Positions 28,722 through 39,323 of a DNA stretch of 64,000 bases are shown here, one piece after another. The stretch is taken from NCBI GenBank assembly GCA_963666275.2, contig CAXXOA010000002.1, forward strand, positions 1,120,001-1,184,000, given 5' to 3'. How positions within the stretch are numbered: the stretch's first letter is position 1; each line of letters starts with the position of its first letter. This stretch comes from Oceanispirochaeta sp. Its GTDB lineage: Bacteria > Spirochaetota > Spirochaetia > DSM-2461. The position numbers were made by a program, and so were the translations under genes. The notes under the pieces were generated by a model. It did not search any database and had not been told where the DNA came from. It saw only the letters and a program-made list of their open reading frames with translations.

Positions 28722-30929
28722 TTACTGCTGCCCAGCAGCAAAGGTTACAGCATTTTCTCCGGCAATCCGGCCGGAATTGTAGGCGTAGGCCATGGTACAT
28801 CCGGGAATATCGTAATAGGGATATCCGTAGAATCCTCCGGTATCCTGACCAGCGGCGTAGAGGCCGTTTATCGGTTTCAGCTCCGTATTGATAACCTGAA
28901 GCCTTTCATTTACCTTGATTCCGCCCAGGGTTCCGAAAATGGCCGGTTCCATCCGGATGGCATAATAGGGACCTTCTTCAATGGTTTTTGTCAGCCAGAC
29001 CGGATCTTTCAGGAAATCATCGTCACGCTGTCTGGCAATCATATCCCTGTAGCGGTCGATGGTCGCCACAAGAACACCCTGATCAATGCCCATCTGCGAC
29101 TCCAGGGTTTCAATACTGTCACCTTCAAAGGCTATTCCCGCATCCATCGCATTTTTCAGCTCATCCATAATGGAGGTAAAGGGGACCAGAGCCCGGCCTC
29201 TCCAGAGAATCTCCTTTTTAAGGCGTGCCGTTGTTTCCGCCGGAAAAAGACCGGGAAATCCCTCAGTGTGCAGAGTCTCCAGGGTAGGGCGGTCAATAAT
29301 GACGTAGAAGGAACCGGCAGTTCTGATGGCGGAAGCTCCCTTGGCAAGAGGCTGTTCGGCACACAGGCCTTCGTCCATAAAGCGTTTCCCTTCCAGGTTC
29401 ACCTGGAGCAGACCGCCGTAGTTCAGGTACTTGAGGAAGTAGCTGTTATAGTCTTGGGATGTGCTGGCCGCAAACTCTGTCAGATGGGGAGAAATCTCTT
29501 CGCTGGGAGAGGCGCCTGCAGCCAGGGCCATATTCAGACCATCTCCTGTATTGGAGGACATACCGGACAGGAAGTAGTTGGAGCTTCCTGTGTACCGCTC
29601 CAGCATTTCCGGGCTGCCGCCGAAACCGCCGGTGGCGATAACAACAGCATCGGCATGGACAGTGACCCGGGTACCGTCATCTCTGACAGCTTTTACTCCT
29701 ACCACATCTTTTCCATCCATTATCAGCTCTGTGGCGGATGTTTCCAGAAGTAGTTCCGCTCCTGAAGGCAGAATGTGGTCAGCATAGAGATTATCCATCT
29801 TTTCAAAACCCTTGCCTGTATCATGGGTATAGCCGTAACCGCCCAGACGGGAATAGTTATAACCGTTCTCTGCCAGCCAGTCTGCGGTATCACCGGATTT
29901 TTCCAGGATGGTCCGGACCAGAAGGGGATTAGCTGTCCAGTCCGAATATTCCATCATCTCCCGGAATACATCATCCACAGTGACATCCGAGCCGGCGGCT
30001 CTTGTAAACGAGCTGTCTATACCAATAAAACCGGTAGAGCAACCGCCCATTCCGCCGACTTTCCCCGTGCGCTCAATGATCAGTATATCCCCGCTGGTTT
30101 CACAGGCTGCCAGAGCCGCAGCGGTACCGGAGGTTCCGGCACCGATGACAGCGACTTTAACAGTATATTCTTCTTCTGCATTGATTTTTTTGGTGGGAAT
30201 ATTAAAGGCCGTAAGATCGGCCCCGGCCTGTTCCAGAGCGGTACTGACAGCAGACAGGATTCCCCTGCAGGTCATGGTACATCCCGATACCACATCTACT
30301 CCGATACTCTGCTGCGCTACAATCTCTTTTTCCATCCTTTCAATAGAAGGTTCCACGAATCCTGCGGTATCATCACAGTTGGTCACTTTTATACTCACAA
30401 TAGATGTTTCGTCCACTGTCACATCAACAGAGATGGGCTCAATGACTTTGGGAGATCCGAACCGGGCCCCTTCGTTGCTGCCTTCGGCCCATTTGCCGTA
30501 GGCTGTTCCCGTATAGACCCCCGGAGTCATGGCTATTTCCGGTAGGTTGACTTCCGGGCCTTCACTGTTGAGAAGGGCCATATCCACCCCTGAACCGCTC
30601 AGGGCCTCTGCCACGGCAGCTTTAATGGCATCGCTTGCCATGGTAGCCCCGGACACAGAATCAACGGCAAGGCTCTGACTCTTGATGATCGCCTGGGGTA
30701 CCAGCTTCAGGGCATTGTCGGCCAGTCCTTTTGTTTCATTATGGGCGGTGATTTCGATACTCCTGATAGAGTTGCTGTCCACTGTCACAGCGACAGCCAC
30801 AGGGCCGTTATGGCCTTCGCCTGCTCCCTGATAGGTTCCGGGAGTGAAGCTCAGCCCCGTTTTTCCGCAACTGGCAAGCAGTGTGAGAACCACAAGCAGT
30901 AACAGTAGTAAATGTTTTGTTTTTTGCAT
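28722..30929 (-). CDS. Lipoprotein reductase with two FMN-binding domains and an FAD domain
   Basis: LASC lipobox; DSVSGAT and DVVSGCT; GAGTSG; IATGGF; GLYAAG. Confidence 0.88.
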   Translation of the reverse strand: MQKTKHLLLLLLVVLTLLASCGKTGLSFTPGTYQGAGEGHNGPVAVAVTVDSNSIRSIEITAHNETKGLADNALKLVPQAIIKSQSLAVDSVSGATMASDAIKAAVAEALSGSGVDMALLNSEGPEVNLPEIAMTPGVYTGTAYGKWAEGSNEGARFGSPKVIEPISVDVTVDETSIVSIKVTNCDDTAGFVEPSIERMEKEIVAQQSIGVDVVSGCTMTCRGILSAVSTALEQAGADLTAFNIPTKKINAEEEYTVKVAVIGAGTSGTAAALAACETSGDILIIERTGKVGGMGGCSTGFIGIDSSFTRAAGSDVTVDDVFREMMEYSDWTANPLLVRTILEKSGDTADWLAENGYNYSRLGGYGYTHDTGKGFEKMDNLYADHILPSGAELLLETSATELIMDGKDVVGVKAVRDDGTRVTVHADAVVIATGGFGGSPEMLERYTGSSNYFLSGMSSNTGDGLNMALAAGASPSEEISPHLTEFAASTSQDYNSYFLKYLNYGGLLQVNLEGKRFMDEGLCAEQPLAKGASAIRTAGSFYVIIDRPTLETLHTEGFPGLFPAETTARLKKEILWRGRALVPFTSIMDELKNAMDAGIAFEGDSIETLESQMGIDQGVLVATIDRYRDMIARQRDDDFLKDPVWLTKTIEEGPYYAIRMEPAIFGTLGGIKVNERLQVINTELKPINGLYAAGQDTGGFYGYPYYDIPGCTMAYAYNSGRIAGENAVTFAAGQQ

Positions 30930-31086
30930 AAAACAGTTTCCTTTTATTGATGATTTTTTTTAGTAGAAGCGGTAAAATTCTATCATTATAAAACCGGTAA
31001 AAATGTATCGATAAGGAAACTTATGTATCAATTCGGTCAGTTTTCAGGCTTCAGAAGGTTTATTTCCAGAGGGATACACCCTGTTT

Positions 31087-32403
31087 TCAGAGAGGTTTGC
31101 CCGTGCTGCTCCGGAAGGAGCCGGGGCTGATCCCTTCGTGTTTTTTGAAGAGTCTGTAAAAGGTTACCCTGTTATTAATGCCAACCTGCCTGCCGATTTC
31201 ATCAATACACAGATTGGTGTTCAGAAGCAGGTATTTAGCTTTTTCAATCTGCAGTCTGCTGATGTAGTCAATGAGAGAAATTCCCATACGTTCTTTGAAA
31301 ATCCGGGAAATATATTTGGTAGACAGGGCCATATAGGAGGCAATTTTATCCAGGTAGATCCCGCTGTAGTAGTTGTTCTGAACATAGCGGATAATGTGCT
31401 CCACCATGGCCTGAGCATGATCCTGCATTTCATTCTGTGTCTTCTGCATAACCCTTCCGAAGAATGTCATCAGAGTAATAAACTGCAGATCATAGCCGCA
31501 GACTTCAGTATTATCAGTTCCGAAAAATTCCTGTTCCTTTTCAGAAGCAACTTTTTTTATATCCAGATCCATTTCCGCAGCATAGCGGATCCCCGTATTG
31601 AACAGTTGGGAGAACAGAATATTCATATGCTTATGGGAAAGATTATGTTCCGCATTCCGGCAGATTATTCTCTTGAGAATCTGAGTCAGAGTCTGGATAT
31701 CTTTAGCCTTAAGGCAGTTGATAATCTTTTTCTCATCCTCAAAACTGTATGAAATTTTATAGGATATAACAATTCCAGCAGAGTTGAGGATCTGACAGAC
31801 TCCTCTCTCTGATTTCAGATTGAGAGCAGTCATGGCATCACTGTAGGACTTCCAGAGGTTCTGCAGACCTTCGCGGATCCGTCCCAGACTGATGGTTATG
31901 AAAGGGGCTTGCTCTCCGAAGGAAATGTTCCTGAACAGATTTTCCAGAATTTCCTGATCTTTCTGCCGGGACAGATTTATAACAAGAACCTGAAGAGTGC
32001 TTTTCAGCGGGATAATATAGAAAGGGAAGCTGCGGCTGATCTGTTTTTCAATCAGTGCCATCGTCTCATAGGGGACTTCCGGTGCCTGAAGCTGGCTCAT
32101 CTCTTCCCGGCCCCTGGTAATCTCCAATAGGCAGCAGATGTAATAATTTCCGGAAAAATTCAGATACTTTCTGCAATGTTCGCTGAAAATTTCAGATATG
32201 CCGAGACGGATCCCCTTGAGGATCTGAACAAAATTGATATCAAAATATCCTCTGGTGAAGTTATTATCCGGACCTTCCGGAACGCTCATGAAAAAGGGGG
32301 GCTGTAATGTTTCGATCGATCCGGTCTCGTTTACCATATGAGAATACCCTGCATGTACTGAAGTATATACTCTCTGTTGACTTTTATGCACCCGACTGGT
32401 CAA
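31087..32403 (-). CDS. AraC-family regulator (start uncertain)
   Basis: C-terminal YISRIFKERMG...FYRLFKKHEGISPGSFR. Confidence 0.85.
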   Translation of the reverse strand: MTSRVHKSQQRVYTSVHAGYSHMVNETGSIETLQPPFFMSVPEGPDNNFTRGYFDINFVQILKGIRLGISEIFSEHCRKYLNFSGNYYICCLLEITRGREEMSQLQAPEVPYETMALIEKQISRSFPFYIIPLKSTLQVLVINLSRQKDQEILENLFRNISFGEQAPFITISLGRIREGLQNLWKSYSDAMTALNLKSERGVCQILNSAGIVISYKISYSFEDEKKIINCLKAKDIQTLTQILKRIICRNAEHNLSHKHMNILFSQLFNTGIRYAAEMDLDIKKVASEKEQEFFGTDNTEVCGYDLQFITLMTFFGRVMQKTQNEMQDHAQAMVEHIIRYVQNNYYSGIYLDKIASYMALSTKYISRIFKERMGISLIDYISRLQIEKAKYLLLNTNLCIDEIGRQVGINNRVTFYRLFKKHEGISPGSFRSSTGKPL

Positions 32404-34570
32404 GAACCTCCCTGATCGCAGAGGCCAGTTCCGAAATGGAGAAGGGTTTGGACAGTATCTTTCTGATGCCGGATTTTTCTGCCCTGTTCCGGTTCAGAAT
32501 GGAACTGTATCCGGACGAGATGATGATGGGAAAACCGGGTGATTCTTTCAGGATTCGCTTTGCCAGGTTCAGGCCGGTGAGTCCGGGCATGGTCTGGTCG
32601 GTCAGCAGCAGATCAAAGTCTTCGGGGGTATCCATGAAAGCAGCAAGGGCTGCCGATGAATCTGTAAAGCAGCTGACCCTGTAACCCAGGGGTTCCAGGA
32701 TCTTTTTTTCAAGATTTATAATGGAAGCTTCATCGTCCACCGCCAGGATATGCTCCCTGCCTCCGAGGGGCTGTTCTGACTGATTGTCCATTTTACTCGG
32801 GAGCTCTGCTCTATTCTGATCTATTTCAGGCAGAAACACAGAAAAACAGGTGCCCTCATTGGCTTCTGTTGTAAACCGGATCATTCCTCCGTGTTTTTCA
32901 ACAATCCCGTGAACTACCGAAAGGCCCAGTCCTGTCCCTTTCCCGCTCTCTTTGGTTGTAAAGAACGGGTCGAAGATAAATTCCCTGTTTTCCTCGGGAA
33001 TCCCTTTTCCGTTATCCTTTATGTGAAGCACCGCGTAGTTTCCGGGGCGCAGGTCCCTGTATCCCCCGTATTCAGTGGATTTCAGGGAGAGCTTTTCCAG
33101 AGTGATTCCTATGGTTCCCTGTTCCCCTTTCAGGGCATGAAAGGCGTTGGTGACAAGATTGATGATCACCTGGTGCAGCTGATTTCCGTCTCCCATGACT
33201 TTGATTCCCGGTATAACATCCTCATGATAAATTTCCACTGTTTTCGGAATGGTCTGAGTTATCAGCCCCAGAGCTTCATTTACCAGAGATGAAAGGTCTA
33301 TAGCACTCTTTTCGGGATTGGATTTCCGGCTGAAGAGGAGGATCTGCCTTACCATATTTCTGGCCCGTTCCACTGCCTTCAGAATTTCCAGGATGTATTC
33401 GCTATTTTCCGTATCATCAGGAAGCTTCCTTTTCAGCAGTTCCGCATAGCCCAGGATCGCTCCCAGGATATTATTGAAATCATGGGCAATCCCTCCGGCC
33501 AGGGTGCCCAGAGATTCCATTTTCTGGTTATGAGTCACCATCTTTTCCAGCCGTTTCTGCTCTTTCTGGCTTTCCCTGAGCTTCGTTATGTCCCGGATAA
33601 TTCCATGAATTCCCAGGGGAGACCCTTTCATGTCGTATTCCATCTCAGAATTGATTGCGGCCATGACTTCTGAATTGTTTCTGTGCTTCAGGACCACTTC
33701 CCTGTCTCTTACCATTCCCTGGTCTGCAATTTCCTTCAGGAAGGATTTTCCCTCTTCAGGATTCAGATAGAACTCCTGGATGTAACGGCCCAGAACTTCT
33801 TCCGGTTCGTATCCAAGGATAAACTGTACAGAGGGAGACACATCATGGATCTTTCCCTCTGTATCAATAAAATAGCTGATGTCGATCAGTTTTCTGTAGA
33901 GATTCTTATACCGTAACTCTGATTGCTGCAGCTTCACAGAGGTGGCAATCCTGTTATCCTCATGCTGCAGAAGAAAGCCTATAAACAGCATTCCCAGGTA
34001 GATGGCCGTTCCGTAGGGGAGGGCCATCCTTTTCATAAGCTGCCAACCATTGGCAAGATCCCCTACAAAGAGAAACCCCGGCAGGATGAAAATCAATGCT
34101 ATAAAACTGCCGACAATATGAAATGCCGCAGTCCTGCGGCCCTTCCATAAACGCAGGAGGTTCCCCGCAGTGAAAGAGAGTGTCAGCCCGATGATTCCGG
34201 CCTGCACACCGGCTCCTCCCAGATGGGCTCTCATTATGACACCTGTCAGATAGGTTATGAAGCCCGAAAGGGGGCCGCAGAAAAGGGTACTCAGCACAAC
34301 GATCGCATTGCGCTGATCAACAAGCACGCCCTCTGCGACGGGAATCCGCACCTGCATACAGACAAGAAGAGCCGCTGAGAACAAGGCTCCCATGATAACG
34401 GGTTTCATCCACTGAAAAGCAAAATCCACGGGTTTTATATAACTGTAGAATGAGACAAAAACGATAAAGACAGCCAGGTTATTGAACATGCCGATAAACA
34501 GGCCGGAACCTTCTATCATAAGAGACTCCTCTGTACTATAAATTATGATCCCGGCTTCCTGTTTTTGCAA
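32384..34570 (-). CDS. Hybrid histidine kinase (5TM-LYT, PAS, HisKA, HATPase, REC)
   Basis: [34 protein letters not shown]. Confidence 0.92.
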   Translation of the reverse strand: MQKQEAGIIIYSTEESLMIEGSGLFIGMFNNLAVFIVFVSFYSYIKPVDFAFQWMKPVIMGALFSAALLVCMQVRIPVAEGVLVDQRNAIVVLSTLFCGPLSGFITYLTGVIMRAHLGGAGVQAGIIGLTLSFTAGNLLRLWKGRRTAAFHIVGSFIALIFILPGFLFVGDLANGWQLMKRMALPYGTAIYLGMLFIGFLLQHEDNRIATSVKLQQSELRYKNLYRKLIDISYFIDTEGKIHDVSPSVQFILGYEPEEVLGRYIQEFYLNPEEGKSFLKEIADQGMVRDREVVLKHRNNSEVMAAINSEMEYDMKGSPLGIHGIIRDITKLRESQKEQKRLEKMVTHNQKMESLGTLAGGIAHDFNNILGAILGYAELLKRKLPDDTENSEYILEILKAVERARNMVRQILLFSRKSNPEKSAIDLSSLVNEALGLITQTIPKTVEIYHEDVIPGIKVMGDGNQLHQVIINLVTNAFHALKGEQGTIGITLEKLSLKSTEYGGYRDLRPGNYAVLHIKDNGKGIPEENREFIFDPFFTTKESGKGTGLGLSVVHGIVEKHGGMIRFTTEANEGTCFSVFLPEIDQNRAELPSKMDNQSEQPLGGREHILAVDDEASIINLEKKILEPLGYRVSCFTDSSAALAAFMDTPEDFDLLLTDQTMPGLTGLNLAKRILKESPGFPIIISSGYSSILNRNRAEKSGIRKILSKPFSISELASAIREVLDQSGA

Positions 34571-34805
34571 AAGAGTCTGTTGTCTCTCCTTTTTTCAGAT
34601 TTAGAGATAAAAATATTTTTAAAATTGTTTATTTATTGTCTATTGATGAATGAAATAAGGGAGTTTTTATTGAATATATTGATATTTATCTTTTGATTGG
34701 ATTGGATAAATGGTTATATAGATTAAAAACAGTTAAAAATGAATTTTTACGGTCCTGTTTTATTGTAAAAAATACTTGTTGCGATTTCCAGAGGCAGCCT
34801 GTACT

Positions 34806-36161
34806 ATGGCGGATATGACAGAATTGAATAAAAAATACGGATTCTGGACAACCAGTGCCATGGTTGTGGGAATCGTTATCGGATCGGGTGTCTTCTTTAA
34901 AGCGGATGATGTCCTTACGGCTTCGGGAGGATCTCTTCCGACTGCCCTTCTTGCCTGGTTGACCGGGGGAGCCATTATGGTGGTGACGGCCTTCCTTTTT
35001 TCAAAGATTGCCGCGGAGATCGGGAAAGTCAACGGCCTTGTGGATTACTTTGAGGAGGCCTACGGGCAGACCGCAGGGTTCAATATCGCCTGGTTTATGA
35101 CAACAGTCTATTACCCCTGCCTTGTGAGTGTGCTTGCCTGGGTTTCCGCCAATTACACAGTGTCTCTCCTGGGACTGGAGAATCTTCTGTGGCCTCTGGC
35201 GGCTTTCTACCTGTTCCTCTTTTTCGGGATCAATCTTCTCTCTCCGGTGATAGCCGGAAGGCTTCAGGTCAGTACCACCGTTATAAAACTGACGCCTCTC
35301 GTTGCCGTAGCGTTGATCGGCACCATCTCCGGGCTTATCAGCGGGCAGACTGTGAAGAGTTTTACCACCGTGGCGTCTTCTGTCGCAGGCCAGGGAGGGG
35401 GACTCGGACTGGCCTGTCTCTCTACCGCTTTTGCCTATGAGGGTTGGATCATAGCCACCACTATCAATGCGGAGATTAAAAATGCCAGGAAGACCCTGCC
35501 CAGGGCCCTGGTCTTCGGAACAATCCTGATTGTCCTTGTCTATACCTTCTACTATGTGGGAATCGCCAGTGTAATCGACAATGAGAAGGTTCTAGAGTAC
35601 GGAGACAATACCTCCCTTGTGGTTATTTCCACACTCTTCGGCAGGTTTGCCGGGGTCCTTCTGAATGTTTTTGTGATCATCTCCTGCCTGGGAACCCTGA
35701 ACGGCCTTGTGATGGCTTCCTCCCGGGGAATGTACTCCATCGGAGTCAGGAATCTGGGACCGGCTCCCGGCTTTTTCAAAGGGGTCAACGGAAAAACCGA
35801 CAGCACAATCAATTCGGGAATCGCCGGATTCTGCCTCTCCTTTCTCTGGCTCATGGTCTGGTACGGGAATTTCCATGGATGGTTCGGTGGATTCATGGAT
35901 ACTTCCGAGCTTCCCATCGCCTTCCTCTACTTTGTCTATCTGGCCCTTTATGTCTGGTATATACGGAAGTTCGGCAGCAGGGGAATCTTTATCGGGTATA
36001 TCATTCCTCTCCTGGCGGGAGCCGGTTCGCTTTTCATTGTTATGGCGGCCACCCGGAAGGATATGTTCTGGCAGTTTACCCTGGTCCTGGCTCTGATCAT
36101 GATAGTAGGGAATCTGCTGAACCGCAAAAAGAGTCCTGCTCTGCAGAGCAGTCCCCGGTAA
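34806..36161 (+). CDS. APC-family amino acid permease
   Basis: VGIVIGSGVF, FAYEGW. Confidence 0.92.
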   Translation: MADMTELNKKYGFWTTSAMVVGIVIGSGVFFKADDVLTASGGSLPTALLAWLTGGAIMVVTAFLFSKIAAEIGKVNGLVDYFEEAYGQTAGFNIAWFMTTVYYPCLVSVLAWVSANYTVSLLGLENLLWPLAAFYLFLFFGINLLSPVIAGRLQVSTTVIKLTPLVAVALIGTISGLISGQTVKSFTTVASSVAGQGGGLGLACLSTAFAYEGWIIATTINAEIKNARKTLPRALVFGTILIVLVYTFYYVGIASVIDNEKVLEYGDNTSLVVISTLFGRFAGVLLNVFVIISCLGTLNGLVMASSRGMYSIGVRNLGPAPGFFKGVNGKTDSTINSGIAGFCLSFLWLMVWYGNFHGWFGGFMDTSELPIAFLYFVYLALYVWYIRKFGSRGIFIGYIIPLLAGAGSLFIVMAATRKDMFWQFTLVLALIMIVGNLLNRKKSPALQSSPR

Positions 36162-36219
36162 TCTCACTGACAACGGAACCTGCCCCGGACACTCCGGAAC
36201 GGCAGGTCTCCGGAGCAGG

Positions 36220-36915
36220 TCAGGGGTTCCGAATATTTCTGACATTCCGGTTCATCAGTTTTCTGACCAGGGAACGATACAGCCAGCCTTTCAGGGGGCC
36301 CAGCTTCTGCCTGTGGTGCTGAAAAAACTGATCCGGGCTGTCGAACAGGCCAAAGTCTTTATTGATCCCCTCTTTCTGGATATAGGTATCACAGAGTTCC
36401 CAATCGACCTCCGGAGCGATCAGGTTGGTGGTGGCAATTCCAAAGCCGCAGAATTTCCGGACTCCCGGGTTGTTTTTCTGGATCTGTTCCAAATAGGGTC
36501 TGTCCAGGATGAATCCCTCCAGATTGAACCATCTCTCTTTATAGAAAACCTCCACCCAGCTGTGGACGATCGAGGGGGGACTGAGTCTGTACCAGATCCC
36601 TGTGATAGCCCCTTTCTGCAGGGCCTTGTCGATGGTAAATCCATGAAACCGGCAGGGGATCCCCGCCTTTCTAAGCAGGGACATCAGAAGGATCCCCTTG
36701 GTATTGCACTGGCCGTACCCGTCATCCAGAATCTCACTGGAAGGCATATCGTCCTTTCTGTTGTAGCCGAAGCGGATTTCATCTCTGACGAAATTGTAGA
36801 TCCCCCGGATCTTTTCCTCCTCCGGAAGATCCTCCCAGCCCCGTTCCTGAAAAAGTCTGTCAAACCGGGGATCCCTGAAATTCAGCAGCTTTGTTTCTAT
36901 CATATATTTTTTCAT
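36220..36915 (-). CDS. Transglutaminase-like protein
   Basis: GYGQCNTK, HSWVEV. Confidence 0.85.
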   Translation of the reverse strand: MKKYMIETKLLNFRDPRFDRLFQERGWEDLPEEEKIRGIYNFVRDEIRFGYNRKDDMPSSEILDDGYGQCNTKGILLMSLLRKAGIPCRFHGFTIDKALQKGAITGIWYRLSPPSIVHSWVEVFYKERWFNLEGFILDRPYLEQIQKNNPGVRKFCGFGIATTNLIAPEVDWELCDTYIQKEGINKDFGLFDSPDQFFQHHRQKLGPLKGWLYRSLVRKLMNRNVRNIRNP

Positions 36916-36945
36916 ATCAAACTCCTTGATAGGGAGATGATACAG

Positions 36946-37671
36946 CTATTCGGAATAATGGACTTGAACGGAAGCGCTGCGGGCAAAGATGTCCGAGGGT
37001 TTCTCTCCAAAGAGCTTTCGGAAGGTTCTGCTGAAATGGGCCAGATCGGAAAAACCGCAGTCCAGGGCTACCTCCTGGAGGCTCTCTGTGGACCGGAAAG
37101 AGTCGATGGCAAAAAGGGTTTTCTTCCACAGCACATAGTACTTGAAGGACACCCCGGTTTCCGCTTTGAAAAGATGGGTAATCCGGCTCCGGGAAAGGTC
37201 CAGTTCCTTTTCAAAGTAATCCAGACCGTGAAAGCAGTGTTCCTCCCGGGTAATGTGCTTGAGTATCCTCTGAACTCTGGTATCCAGAGGCTGTTGTTCG
37301 GCCCCCTGGAGAACGGCTTCGATGACAGATGGATAATCTCCATCTGCATAGGCATCTTTTATGGTTCCTGCCTGCTCCAGAGGGCTGAACCGGTTCATAG
37401 CAAACTGATACTTCATTTCATCCCCCGCAAAGGGTTCAAACAGAATGATGAGCATCTCTTTCTCTTCCGAGACAATCCTGTGGCGGATGTTCTGGTTTAT
37501 CAGAAAGGCTTTTCCCCGTACCACTTCCTCTTCGATTAAAAGCTCCAGGTGATCCTGCAGGGAGATGACAGCCTGAAGGCAGTGGTGGGCATGAAAGCTG
37601 TTGCCTTTCAAGCTGCCCTTATAAAAGGCAAAATTGTTGAATATTTTTATTTTATTCATCGTTTCGCTCAT
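36946..37671 (-). CDS. AraC-family regulator
   Basis: HAHH; LSRSRITHLFK; GFSDLAHFSRTFRKLFG. Confidence 0.88.
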   Translation of the reverse strand: MSETMNKIKIFNNFAFYKGSLKGNSFHAHHCLQAVISLQDHLELLIEEEVVRGKAFLINQNIRHRIVSEEKEMLIILFEPFAGDEMKYQFAMNRFSPLEQAGTIKDAYADGDYPSVIEAVLQGAEQQPLDTRVQRILKHITREEHCFHGLDYFEKELDLSRSRITHLFKAETGVSFKYYVLWKKTLFAIDSFRSTESLQEVALDCGFSDLAHFSRTFRKLFGEKPSDIFARSASVQVHYSE

Positions 37672-38580
37672 TCAGGATTCCAGGGCTGTAATCGACAGCC
37701 GGCTGCAGAGACCCCGCAGTTTTTCCACAATCTCATCAATGAGTATCCTCCGGGGATGGGTCCGGCGGCAGAGCAGGGCTATGTCTCTGTGAAAGCCCTC
37801 ATCCGCCACGGGGATGTAGTGTATCCCCGGCTCGGCCTTCTCCGGCACTGCCAGGCGGGGAATCAGGGTTATACCGCTGCCCAGGCGGACCATCTGGCGC
37901 AGAGTCTCCAGGCTGTTGGCCCGGAATTTCTCCTTTTCTCCAGCCCCGTGTAGCCGGCACAGCTCCAGAGCCTGATCCCGGAAGCAGTGGCCGTCACTCA
38001 GCAGGAGCAGATTTTCCCCCCGGAAGTCCTCTGTCTGAACAAGCTCCTTCCGGCACCAGGAGTGCCCTTCGGGGACGGCCGCCACAAAGGCCTCCCTGAA
38101 AAGGGGGATGGTATCGAAGCCTTCGTGGCTTTCCGGCATAGCCAGTATGGCCGCATCGATCTGCCCGTTTTTCAGGCTCTCCAGGAGGGTCCGGCTCTGC
38201 TCCTCCAGTAAAAAGAACTGCATCTTTCTGTACTCCGGAAGGATGTTTTCCGTCAGCTGGGGAAAGAGCCAGGGCCCCAGAGTGGGGAATATGCCCAGCC
38301 GCAGACTCCCCTGATAGGGATCCTTACCTGCCTGAGCCAGCAGTTCCAGATCCTCCACCCGGCTGAGGATATCATTGACTATCTCCAGAGCCTCTTTCCC
38401 GAAGGATGTAAGGCTCACTTTGCGCGTATTCCGTTTGAACAGAGGGTGTTCCAGCTCCTCTTCCAGTTTTTTAATCTGACCGCTCAGGGTCGGCTGGCTG
38501 ACAAAGCACTTTTCCGAAGCCGCCCTGAACTGCCCCGTATCGGCTACGGCCTTGAAATATTCCAGATCTCTCAGATTCAT
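37672..38580 (-). CDS. oxyR: Peroxide-sensing LysR regulator OxyR
   Basis: CFVSQPTLSGQIKKLE; DGHCFRDQALELC; divergent from ahpC. Confidence 0.92.
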   Translation of the reverse strand: MNLRDLEYFKAVADTGQFRAASEKCFVSQPTLSGQIKKLEEELEHPLFKRNTRKVSLTSFGKEALEIVNDILSRVEDLELLAQAGKDPYQGSLRLGIFPTLGPWLFPQLTENILPEYRKMQFFLLEEQSRTLLESLKNGQIDAAILAMPESHEGFDTIPLFREAFVAAVPEGHSWCRKELVQTEDFRGENLLLLSDGHCFRDQALELCRLHGAGEKEKFRANSLETLRQMVRLGSGITLIPRLAVPEKAEPGIHYIPVADEGFHRDIALLCRRTHPRRILIDEIVEKLRGLCSRLSITALES

Positions 38581-38601
38581 AGGAACCTCAATTTCTAATA
38601 T

Positions 38602-38616
38602 ATAGGTAATACCTAT
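38602..38616. promoter_or_regulatory. OxyR/LysR box
   Basis: ATAG-N7-CTAT between oxyR and ahpC. Confidence 0.65.
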
Positions 38617-38698
38617 AAATAATATAAGAATAAACGATTTTACACAAGGTTTTGATTTGTGGTAATAGTAATTAACAAATAATTCAAGGAGGCATCAC

Positions 38699-39265
38699 AT
38701 GGATGCAATAATCAATAGTTCACTGCCCGAATTCAAAGCACAGGCTTTTCACAACGGAGATTTTACAGAAGTCAGCCGCAAGGATCTGGAAGGAAAGTGG
38801 TCCATCTTTTTCTTCTATCCCGCAGATTTTACCTTTGTCTGTCCTACTGAGCTGGGAGACATGGCTGATGTTTATGAGGAATTTCAGGATATGGGCGTTG
38901 AGGTGTATTCGGTCAGTACGGATACACACTTTGTTCACAAAGCCTGGCACGATGCTTCGGATACTATCAAGAAAATCAAATATCCCATGCTGGGGGATCC
39001 CACCGGTGCCCTTTCAAAGGCTTTCGGTGTGTATGTAGAAGCGTCAGGGCTTGCCAACAGAGGCACCTTCCTTATCAATCCGGAAGGCCAGGTGGTTCTG
39101 GCTGAAATGAATGTGGACGGTATCGGCAGAAACTCGGAAGAGCTGCTGCGCAAAACCAAAGCGGCCCAGTTCATTGCCGCCCATCCCAATGAAGTCTGTC
39201 CTTCCAAATGGACCCCCGGTGCCGAAACCCTGGAGCCCGGTCTGGAACTGGTAGGAAAGATCTGA
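38699..39265 (+). CDS. ahpC: Alkyl hydroperoxide reductase C
   Basis: FYPADFTFVCPTE; EVCPSKW. Confidence 0.97.
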   Translation: MDAIINSSLPEFKAQAFHNGDFTEVSRKDLEGKWSIFFFYPADFTFVCPTELGDMADVYEEFQDMGVEVYSVSTDTHFVHKAWHDASDTIKKIKYPMLGDPTGALSKAFGVYVEASGLANRGTFLINPEGQVVLAEMNVDGIGRNSEELLRKTKAAQFIAAHPNEVCPSKWTPGAETLEPGLELVGKI

Positions 39266-39323
39266 TTTAAAGGATGCCCCGCCTCCGGGCCCGGGAGGCA
39301 AAATCAAACAAAGGGACAGCGAG

